From Acidobacteriota bacterium (GTDB taxonomy: Bacteria; Acidobacteriota; UBA890; WLXD01), in assembly GCA_965248695.1 (NCBI GenBank), contig CBDFKD010000002.1:1664001-1728000 (forward strand): 64,000 nucleotides of DNA, written 5' to 3'. The position numbers were made by a program, and so were the translations under genes. Under the pieces are notes generated by a model, which saw nothing but the letters and a program-made list of their open reading frames with translations, made no database searches and was not told the DNA's origin. Shown piece after piece: positions 49,179 to 56,309 of the stretch (position 1 is its first letter; each line of letters starts with the position of its first letter).

Positions 49179-50104
49179 TGTCCGTGAAACGTATCGGGGC
49201 GCTCCGCCTCCTAATCATCGTCTGCGCCGCGCTGGTGTCTGCCTGCAACCAGACGCCGACGGAGATCACCGCGCTCCCGCGCGCTGTGGGCGAGATCCAG
49301 GCGATGCTGGTAGATGTGTCCTCGCTGCAGCCACTGGACCCGGCGAGCGAGGGTATCTACTACCTCTGGGCACTCCTCGAACGCAACGAGTCACGCAGTC
49401 TGGGAGCGTTCAACGTCGGGGCTGGCGGTCAGATAGTCGACACGACGGGGGCTGCGAAGCGCGAATTCAGCTCGGACCAATTCTCCATGCGCAAGACGCT
49501 GGGAATTCTCATTACGGTCGAATCCGACGCCGTGGCGCCGGAGTCGCCCAGTGGCATGCAGATCCTCTCCGGCACGTTCATCGAGGGAGTAGCGCGGCTC
49601 TCCGTACCGATCTCGACGGCGATCACGAGCTCCAACGGCGCCGTACGCATCTTCACTCCGACGGACGGACCGAACACGAACGAGACTTCAGGATTCTGGA
49701 TGGTCGATGGCAACGGTGATCCCCTGGTCAACGTTCCGGACACCACTGCCGCTCTCGTCTACGAGACATTCGTCGAGATCAACGGTCAATCCGTGAACGT
49801 CGGACGGTTCGATCGCCCCGACCAGAGCGACGATTTCTGCCGCTTCTGCGCTGACTTGGATCCGGCGCCCGACCGCCCGGGCGACGACCTACTGGTCAAC
49901 CCGCCCGACGGTCTGGCTTTCCCTGCCGACCTTTCGGGTGCACGCATCAGCGTGAGCCTCGAGGGCAGGTCGAACGACTTCGTAAGCCAGTCACAGTTGA
50001 TCGTGCTGGAGGGATTCGTTCCGATCGGTGTCACACCGGAGACAATTGTCTCCCTGATCAATCGCGCCGACTCCTTCCCGTCCGGCCAAGCCGTCCTTTT
50101 CTAG
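49178..50104 (+). CDS. Lipoprotein with tandem RskA-C-like (anti-sigma-K C-terminal-like) domains
   Basis: Lipobox VSAC; YYLWA...SLGAF...LITVE...PSG; second copy YETFV...VGRF...ISVSLE. Confidence 0.6.
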   Translation: MSVKRIGALRLLIIVCAALVSACNQTPTEITALPRAVGEIQAMLVDVSSLQPLDPASEGIYYLWALLERNESRSLGAFNVGAGGQIVDTTGAAKREFSSDQFSMRKTLGILITVESDAVAPESPSGMQILSGTFIEGVARLSVPISTAITSSNGAVRIFTPTDGPNTNETSGFWMVDGNGDPLVNVPDTTAALVYETFVEINGQSVNVGRFDRPDQSDDFCRFCADLDPAPDRPGDDLLVNPPDGLAFPADLSGARISVSLEGRSNDFVSQSQLIVLEGFVPIGVTPETIVSLINRADSFPSGQAVLF

Positions 50105-50113
50105 GAGCTCCGC

Positions 50114-50782
50114 GTGAACCAGCCCGTGCTTCGTGCAGTCTTGCTCCTGGCAGCGGTGGCGCTCACACCGGACCTGGCGCACGCTGCGACGCGATCCGAC
50201 GACGAGAACGAGCGCAGCGCGGCAGGCACGGTTGGCGCGTTCGACCTTCAGCAGACCATTCGACGCGACGACCGACCGCCTTCCGATCCCGTCGGTGGCT
50301 TCCAGATCAGCGTCATGGGCGGAGTGCAGATGCGCGGCTCGGCATCCGGGCAAGCCGGTCTGGCTCTCAGCTACTTCAAACGCTCTACCGGCAACGTCGG
50401 CATCGAGCTCGAAGGCGGCATCACGCGAGGCCCGAACGGCCAGATCAACCATGGCCTGCTGAGTTTCATCTTCCAGTCCGGCGGTCGGGCGAGCAAGCTG
50501 GCCCCGTACCTATCGGTGGGCGCTGGCATCTACCACGCCAACGAGCACTTACGTGACGGCGTGGCGGCGGCGCTACCGACGTTCGGCATCCAGCCCGAGG
50601 AAGGGCTCGAAACAGGGGCGCTTGTCGCCTTCGGATTAGGGTTTCGCTTCTATCTGTCGGAGGGCGTCTCTTTCCGCGCCGACTATCGGGAGATGCGCGC
50701 CATCACGACCGGCAGCGGCGGTCTGTTCGACCGCCTGTTCTCGCTGCGCCGGATCGGTGGCTTTCTGTCATTCCATCTCTAG
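50114..50782 (+). CDS. Outer membrane beta-barrel protein (small, OmpA/OmpW-like)
   Basis: Signal peptide, PYLSVGAG, FGLGFRFYL, FRADYR, aromatic C-terminal strand. Confidence 0.75.
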   Translation: MNQPVLRAVLLLAAVALTPDLAHAATRSDDENERSAAGTVGAFDLQQTIRRDDRPPSDPVGGFQISVMGGVQMRGSASGQAGLALSYFKRSTGNVGIELEGGITRGPNGQINHGLLSFIFQSGGRASKLAPYLSVGAGIYHANEHLRDGVAAALPTFGIQPEEGLETGALVAFGLGFRFYLSEGVSFRADYREMRAITTGSGGLFDRLFSLRRIGGFLSFHL

Positions 50783-50868
50783 CAGGCCGTGGTGGAAGTG
50801 TGGTGGGTCTGGTTACGACGAGTTGGGGCCAGATACAAGGCAGCCTGACGCAGGTGATGCCCTAGCAT
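50779..50868 (+). repeat. Diverged, truncated third copy of the stop-codon-associated repeat
   Basis: First 34 nt match copy 1 with 3 mismatches; then CAAGG..GACG core and a short hairpin. Confidence 0.7.
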
Positions 50869-50910
50869 GCTAGCGACGGCGATCTCGCCGAGCAGAGAAT
50901 CCGCCCTCAA

Positions 50911-51038
50911 CAGAGAATCCGCCGGACACCTGCCGGGCTAGCTCACCGGGTTCAGAGCGAGGGTCCCCTGTTTCCCCTTCCGTCCGACGTTGTCCCGGTT
51001 CCGCGAGCCAGCCCGACTGATGCCCGGCGGCCTCTTGC
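50911..51038 (-). ncRNA. Candidate sigma54-dependent small RNA (rod-like hairpin, GGA-rich)
   Basis: Begins about 12 nt after a -24/-12 promoter; 12-bp and 15-bp stems with 5 G-U pairs valid only on the minus strand; no convincing ORF. Confidence 0.65.
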
Positions 51039-51048
51039 CCTCCTACAG

Positions 51049-51065
51049 AGCAAGGAGGATGCCAA
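51049..51065 (-). promoter_or_regulatory. Sigma54 -24/-12 promoter
   Basis: TTGGCATCCTCCTTGCT: GG-N10-GC with TTGGCA and TTGCT, about 180 bp downstream of a sigma54 activator gene. Confidence 0.8.
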
Positions 51066-51243
51066 ACCGCCGTCCGCCAGACCAAAGAGACCGCTCCAGG
51101 CTGCGCGAGCTCCGCAAAGTCCCTTGTTGTCAGCAAGTTCTGCGGCCGGCTCTGAAATCCAAGAGGTCCGGCAGGGCCGGGCGCGGACGAGCACACCGAC
51201 CGGCGTACTTCAGGATCGACCGTGGACCGACGACGAGCCGTGG

Positions 51244-52770
51244 TCAGCGTCGATCCGCCGACGCCTCTTCCTCGGGCACATCGATGCCGTGCCGGCGCAG
51301 CTTGTGGTACAGAGACGTACGTGGGATCCCGAGCACGTCGGCGGCGCGCGTCTTGTTGCCTTTCACCGCGGCGAGCACACGCCGAATGTGCGTGGCCACG
51401 ACGCTATCGAGCCGCGCTCGGCCCAGATCAGCCTCCGACAGCTCGGCCCGCTCCACGGCGACGGCAGGCCCGACCTCGCTCATGGACGCTCCGATAGCCG
51501 GGGGCAGATCTTCGACGATGATCTGCGAGGTTTCCGACAACACCGCTGCCCTACGCACCGCGTTGCGTAGCTCGCGTACATTACCGGGCCAATCGAACGC
51601 TGCCAGCGCGGCCGAGGCCTCATCGCTGAACCCGGTCGGGCCGCCGCCGTTTTCCTCAACGAAATCGCGGCGAAAGTGCTCGGCGAGTAGCGGGATGTCC
51701 TCGCGGCGCTCGCGCAGTGCCGGCACACGCAGGCCGAAGACGTTGAAGCGATAGTAAAGATCCTCGCGAAAGGAGCCGTCGTCGACCAGGCCTCGCAGGT
51801 CCTGGTTGCTGGCCGCGATGAAGCGCACATCCACCCGCCGAGCGGCGCGATCTTCGCCTACTTTCTGGATCTCGCCGTACTCCAGTGCCCGCAGCAACAT
51901 GACCTGCAGCCGTGGGCTCATCGCCTCGACCTCGTCGAGAAAGAGGGTGCCCCCATCGGCGAGCTCCATCTTGCCGGCCTTGTCGCGATGGGCACCGGTA
52001 AAAGAGCCCCGCACATGGCCAAACAGCTCGGATGCGAGCAGCTCCTCGGCAAAGGCGCCGCAGTTGACGATCATCAGCTGGCGGTCGCGGCGCGGCGAGA
52101 AATAGTGCACCGCGTGGGCCAGCAGTTCCTTGCCGACACCGCTCTCTCCCGTTACGAGCACGGGCTCCTTGGTGGGTGCGACGCGCTTGACGAGCGCCTC
52201 GATATTCCGAATCTGCTTGGAGACGCCGACGATCTCGACGTTGTAGCCGCGGCGTCGTGAGTACCGCGTCAGCCACAGACGACCAATGACCATTGAGATC
52301 GCCTCGGCGAATTCTTCTAGTCGCTCCTGATGCTCGCTCGTGTAGTGATTGCGTTCGCGGGACTCGACCGACAGAACGCCGATGGCCTCGCCCTGCAACC
52401 GGATCGGAACCACCAGGTCGGCCTGGACATCCTTGAACGCCGGGAAGTAGTACGGATCCTCGCTGACATCGTTACTCATGTAGGTCTGGTTGTTGTGGTA
52501 GACCCACGTGATGATGCCTGGCGATTGGGTATCGAGCTCGAGCAGGTTCGGCAGGTCAGCCAGCAGCTCGCCTTCCTCGCGGTGCGCGACGAGTCGAACG
52601 TCTCCGTCTTCGTTTTCCATGACGAAGATCGAGCCGTAGTCGCTCTCGGTCAGCGTCTTGGCAACGTCGACGAAGTCCGCCAGCACAGGCTCGAGCACCT
52701 GGTCGCTGGGATAGGCCTCGAGGCACACCTTCTGCAGGATGTCGCGCGACAGCGCGTCGGTTGTCGACAT
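51244..52770 (-). CDS. GAF-domain sigma54 enhancer-binding protein (GAF-AAA+-Fis HTH)
   Basis: GESGVGKE, SELFGHVRGSFTGA, LFLDEV, FREDLYYR, WPGNVREL, GNKTRAADVLGIPRTSLYHKL; N-terminal GAF, no receiver domain. Confidence 0.95.
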   Translation of the reverse strand: MSTTDALSRDILQKVCLEAYPSDQVLEPVLADFVDVAKTLTESDYGSIFVMENEDGDVRLVAHREEGELLADLPNLLELDTQSPGIITWVYHNNQTYMSNDVSEDPYYFPAFKDVQADLVVPIRLQGEAIGVLSVESRERNHYTSEHQERLEEFAEAISMVIGRLWLTRYSRRRGYNVEIVGVSKQIRNIEALVKRVAPTKEPVLVTGESGVGKELLAHAVHYFSPRRDRQLMIVNCGAFAEELLASELFGHVRGSFTGAHRDKAGKMELADGGTLFLDEVEAMSPRLQVMLLRALEYGEIQKVGEDRAARRVDVRFIAASNQDLRGLVDDGSFREDLYYRFNVFGLRVPALRERREDIPLLAEHFRRDFVEENGGGPTGFSDEASAALAAFDWPGNVRELRNAVRRAAVLSETSQIIVEDLPPAIGASMSEVGPAVAVERAELSEADLGRARLDSVVATHIRRVLAAVKGNKTRAADVLGIPRTSLYHKLRRHGIDVPEEEASADRR

Positions 52771-52801
52771 GTGGTCATTCTATCGCGGCGGCGGAACCGC
52801 C

Positions 52802-54175
52802 TCAGCGCGTCGAATCGTCCAGGCCCAGAAGGACCAGTTGACGCTGCTTCGGCGACCATCGCAAGCCCCACGAGCGCGCAAAGTCGGCGCCCAGAACAGA
52901 TTGGGGTGTCACCAGTCCAGAACCGACGAGCGTCTCGAACCGGGGCTCGATTCGATATGCATGCTCGGTCCGGAAGCCGCCGAGTCGTGTCGAGAGTACA
53001 ACGCTCGCTTCCGCCCGGCGCGCCGTCGGCTCCGGATCGTGAACCGTTGCCAGAGCCAGGCCACCGTAACTGATGCGCGATGCCCCCCCGAGATCGAGGG
53101 CTGCGGCCACCGACACCGTCGACAGTCGTGGCAGGAGCAGCAGTTGCGTTTGCAGTCCGTCGACCGGCATGCGCACCTCGATCCAGTACACCTGCTCCGC
53201 TGACTCGTTCGACCGTGGTCGGGCGATGGTGCTCGCCGTCGCCTGGGTCGGTCTGCTGACCACCATTCGCTCGTCTCTGAGCCAGAGCTCCCACCCGAAG
53301 GTCGACAGCACGTCAAAGCCGAGCTCGCCGTCGGCGCCCTCCACCGGCTCCAGCACGAACGGAATCGCGGGGGCTGACAGGCGCCCGAGCGCGACCGGGG
53401 TCACCGCAACGCCGCCGGCGTCTGGGCTACCGTGCACTACCAGGCCAACCCTACCCACGAGCCGGGGAGACAACGTCGAATGCGACGAAGACAACGACAG
53501 CCGCAGGCGCGCAGTGGTATCACCCATGCGTGCGACGACGATCGGCTCGCCCGCCGCACCGCGCTCCAACGGCAGCGTCCCGCCCGCACCGCTCCACAGG
53601 ATCGGCGTCTCGCCGGGGTTCGACGGCACGGTCGCTGCGACGGCCGCGCGTGTTTCCAGATAGGCGCGCGTGGCGTCATCGTCCGAGGCCTCGGCGGCGG
53701 CGCTGAGATAATCGGCTGCGATGGCCGAGTCTCCCTGCACCCAGCCGATGGCGGCCAGCAACCGCAGCGCCCGCGCCCGCGTCGGGTCGTCAGCCATTGC
53801 CTGTTCCGCCAGCAACCGCGCCGCCTCGAGTCGTCCACGCGCGGCCGCAGCGCGTGCCTGGCCCAGAAGGCCCTCCGCAGCTCCCGACCTCGCAGCGCGG
53901 CGATGATAACTCTCTGCCTCGAGCAGCTCCCCCGAGCGCCACAATGCGCGTCCCAATAGGCCCCAGGACAGGGGCCCCGGAGAGCGCCGCTCGTACGACA
54001 CTGCCCGAGTCAGCGCCGCGCTGATCTCGCCAGCCTCCAGCAGCGCTCGGATCTCGGACTCGACGATGATCGCTGTGCTGTTGATCCCCGCCCCTGCCCC
54101 GGCGCAACCGTACGACCCGAGCATGAACGCGAGCGTCGCCACGGACGGACCGATTGTCCCTCCTTGGCGGCGCAA
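52802..54175 (-). CDS. Putative lipoprotein with TPR repeats and two degenerate retropepsin-like lobes
   Basis: Hydrophobic stretch ending YGC; TPR-like Ala/Leu helices; DGELGFDVL and SVLGADF motifs; start uncertain (ORF open to 54256). Confidence 0.65.
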   Translation of the reverse strand: MRRQGGTIGPSVATLAFMLGSYGCAGAGAGINSTAIIVESEIRALLEAGEISAALTRAVSYERRSPGPLSWGLLGRALWRSGELLEAESYHRRAARSGAAEGLLGQARAAAARGRLEAARLLAEQAMADDPTRARALRLLAAIGWVQGDSAIAADYLSAAAEASDDDATRAYLETRAAVAATVPSNPGETPILWSGAGGTLPLERGAAGEPIVVARMGDTTARLRLSLSSSHSTLSPRLVGRVGLVVHGSPDAGGVAVTPVALGRLSAPAIPFVLEPVEGADGELGFDVLSTFGWELWLRDERMVVSRPTQATASTIARPRSNESAEQVYWIEVRMPVDGLQTQLLLLPRLSTVSVAAALDLGGASRISYGGLALATVHDPEPTARRAEASVVLSTRLGGFRTEHAYRIEPRFETLVGSGLVTPQSVLGADFARSWGLRWSPKQRQLVLLGLDDSTR

Positions 54176-54242
54176 AAGCCGGCCCAGGCCACTTCTGTCG
54201 CCTCGGGATCCGATGCTATGATCTCCCATGAAAGGGAGGCAC

Positions 54243-54488
54243 ATGAAGATCGACAACTATCTGTCTCGCTGGCACGAGTTTCGCGAGTGGTCAGCGACGA
54301 ATCGTCCCGAAATCGTAGCTTCGGTCGAGAACCTCGGCACCGAGCTTCGCGGCGCAATCACCCAGTACCGCCAAGCCACCGACCCCGACCAGCGGCAGAT
54401 CCGCATGGATCTCATCAAACAGCACTACGATCGCGTGGTCCAGTGGCATATGGAAGAGATCCTATCGAAGCTCGATCGTGAGCCTTAG
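54243..54488 (+). CDS. Small helical hypothetical protein (81 aa)
   Basis: GGGAGG SD and extended -10 TGCTATGAT (54214-54222); MKIDNYLSRWHEFREW... Confidence 0.75.
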   Translation: MKIDNYLSRWHEFREWSATNRPEIVASVENLGTELRGAITQYRQATDPDQRQIRMDLIKQHYDRVVQWHMEEILSKLDREP

Positions 54489-54542
54489 CAGGACCTCCTC
54501 GCGCCCGGCACCCCATTAGCAGCCCCAGACCACCGTGTACTG

Positions 54543-54866
54543 TCAGTCTGCCCGCAGGTAAACCTGCGCTACCGACGGGTGCTCGGCGCGACCCACTGAT
54601 CGGACGCGACGCTCGACTCGCTGATAAAGACCGTGGGCGACGTCCTCGAATTCGTCGAGTCGCTGCATCTCGACGCCGCTGAGCTCGCCGAATAGCAACC
54701 CGATAATCTGGTGGCCAGCCGCCGAGCGGGCACGGTAGTACCCGGTCGCTGGGTCTAGCTCGCGCACGTGATCCGGCAGAAGCGCCAGGGCGCAAACAGG
54801 CATGCGGCCCAGCAAGCCGACAACGATCTCGGCCCGACACAGCTCGCCGTAGGCGAACAGATTCAA
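54543..54866 (-). CDS. Gamma-glutamylcyclotransferase (AIG2-like) family protein
   Basis: LFAYGEL, LDEFE, YQR, AQVY; overlaps the upstream stop. Confidence 0.8.
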   Translation of the reverse strand: MNLFAYGELCRAEIVVGLLGRMPVCALALLPDHVRELDPATGYYRARSAAGHQIIGLLFGELSGVEMQRLDEFEDVAHGLYQRVERRVRSVGRAEHPSVAQVYLRAD

Positions 54867-55213
54867 TCGTCGCTGTCCGTGGCGGCCTGCAGTCGATGCG
54901 CCAGTTTCTTGATCTCGCGTCGTTGCGGGAAGCTGAGATGCTGGCCCAGATCCGACTCGACGCGCAGCAACATCGTCGCCGCATCCGTGGCCGTAGCAAT
55001 CAGCTCACCCGAGGCCGAAGCCCCGTTGGTATCGGGCTCGGCACCACCGGTTCCCGGTTGCGACTCCACCCAGCGCTCGAGCTCATCCCGATCGAATCGA
55101 ACGTTGAAGCCCAGCTTGCGATGCGGAATCTTCCCGGTCCGGACCCACTCGTACAGTGTCTTGGGCCGAATGCCCAGGAAATCGGCCGCCTGATCGACGC
55201 GCCAGAGAGTCAT
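54863..55213 (-). CDS. Excisionase-like (HTH_17) DNA-binding protein with extra C-terminal helical domain
   Basis: VDQAADFLGIRPKTLYEWVRTGKIPHRKLG..VRFDRDELERW. Confidence 0.85.
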   Translation of the reverse strand: MTLWRVDQAADFLGIRPKTLYEWVRTGKIPHRKLGFNVRFDRDELERWVESQPGTGGAEPDTNGASASGELIATATDAATMLLRVESDLGQHLSFPQRREIKKLAHRLQAATDSDD

Positions 55214-55375
55214 GGATGCCCCCACCCGATGCCGGTTGCCCCCAACCGACACCCCCAAGCTATCGTTGTAGCGGACGCTTGGCAACTGACACGCGTGACC
55301 ATTTGCGCCCTTTCGGCGGCCTCCCTATACTTACTCGCCTATCTGGCTTCTCAAACTACACTGAGCCTCCGCACG

Positions 55376-55900
55376 ATGGACTCTGCGCCTACCCAGCGCC
55401 CGCGCAAGCTGCGACCGACGGACGTGCTCAAACACGAGCACCGACAGATCGAGGAGCGCCTCGAGGTGCTGTCGTCGGCCCTCAAGTCGCTAGGCAGCCA
55501 GGGAGCAGCGCCCGAGATTCTGGATCGGATCGAGGAGGTGGCGCGCTACATCGATCGCGAGATGGCAGCGCACCATCGCAAGGAAGAGGAAGGACTCTTC
55601 CCGTTGCTGGCGCAGTACCTGGACGAAGATCTTCATCTCGACGGTCGCATCGCCGATCACGAAGATCTCAAGATCATGAGCGGCAAGTTCAAACAGACCC
55701 TCGAGGATTGTCGTAGCGCCAGCGACCACTTCGCGGCCCAGATGCTCAGAGGCTATGGGCTGTACATCGTCCACCTCGTGCTCGAACATTTGCTCAAAGA
55801 GGACGAGATCCTCTTCCTGGTCGCCGACCGTTATCTGAGCGACGAGCAAGAGGCGGAGATCTTCCAGCGCTTCGGCGAGATCGACGCCGCCGTCTCCTGA
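55376..55900 (+). CDS. Hemerythrin-like (HHE) domain protein
   Basis: EHRQI, HHRKEEEGLFP, DH, EHLLKEDEILF. Confidence 0.9.
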   Translation: MDSAPTQRPRKLRPTDVLKHEHRQIEERLEVLSSALKSLGSQGAAPEILDRIEEVARYIDREMAAHHRKEEEGLFPLLAQYLDEDLHLDGRIADHEDLKIMSGKFKQTLEDCRSASDHFAAQMLRGYGLYIVHLVLEHLLKEDEILFLVADRYLSDEQEAEIFQRFGEIDAAVS

Positions 55901-55974
55901 TCGCCGCGCCAGCGACGCGCTTTCGCCCCTCGGTCGCCAAACGCTGTGTCCTTGTGTCCGCTCGCTTCGGAGTT

Positions 55975-55996
55975 ATACCATACCCCCCTATGGTAT
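55975..55996. promoter_or_regulatory. CsoR operator
   Basis: ATACCATA-CCCCCC-TATGGTAT: AT-rich inverted repeat around a C-tract, 28 bp upstream of csoR. Confidence 0.88.
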
Positions 55997-56024
55997 TTAG
56001 ATTTCACCGACATCGAGACGAGTC

Positions 56025-56309
56025 ATGAACAGCCCAAGTCAGGGAGCGCCACATCACGACGAGATCCGTCGGCTACGTCGCATCGAAGGACAGATCCGAG
56101 GTCTGCAGCGCATGATCGAGGATAATCGATACTGCATCGACATACTCACGCAGACGCGCTCGGCGCAGCGCGCCCTCCAGCGCGTCAACGACTCCATCCT
56201 CGCGCGCCACCTGCGGCATTGCGTCATGCAGGCGGCCAAGAGCGGCAGCGCACGCGTGCGCGACGAGCGTGTCGACGAGGTCATGCAAGTACTGGAGCGC
56301 GGACGATGA
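56025..56309 (+). CDS. csoR: CsoR/RcnR-family copper-sensing repressor
   Basis: [27 protein letters not shown]...HLRHC. Confidence 0.95.
   Translation: MNSPSQGAPHHDEIRRLRRIEGQIRGLQRMIEDNRYCIDILTQTRSAQRALQRVNDSILARHLRHCVMQAAKSGSARVRDERVDEVMQVLERGR

Noticed and set aside
16543-50868. Repeats as a CRISPR array
   Set aside because: They are dispersed, not regularly spaced with unique spacers, and there are no cas genes.
50911-51038. Hairpin as SRP RNA (ffs) or 6S RNA
   Set aside because: It lacks the SRP domain IV signature (CAGG…GGAA…AGCAG) and is shorter than 6S with no large two-sided central bubble; kept as an unknown RNA instead.
51110-51142. IHF-like site between the activator gene and the sigma54 promoter
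   Set aside because: The position fits, but the match to WATCAANNNNTTR is too partial to call.
50870-51196. 108-aa and 80-aa ORFs over the candidate sRNA
   Set aside because: No Shine-Dalgarno or recognisable motif, and they start upstream of the sigma54 promoter.
54863-55213. Prophage or ICE suggested by the excisionase-like gene
   Set aside because: No integrase, att repeats, tRNA or phage/conjugation genes, and no obvious compositional shift.
55279-55294. Second GG-N10-GC (TTGGCAACTGACACGC) upstream of the hemerythrin gene
   Set aside because: The -12 element lacks TTGC; plausible by chance at this GC content.
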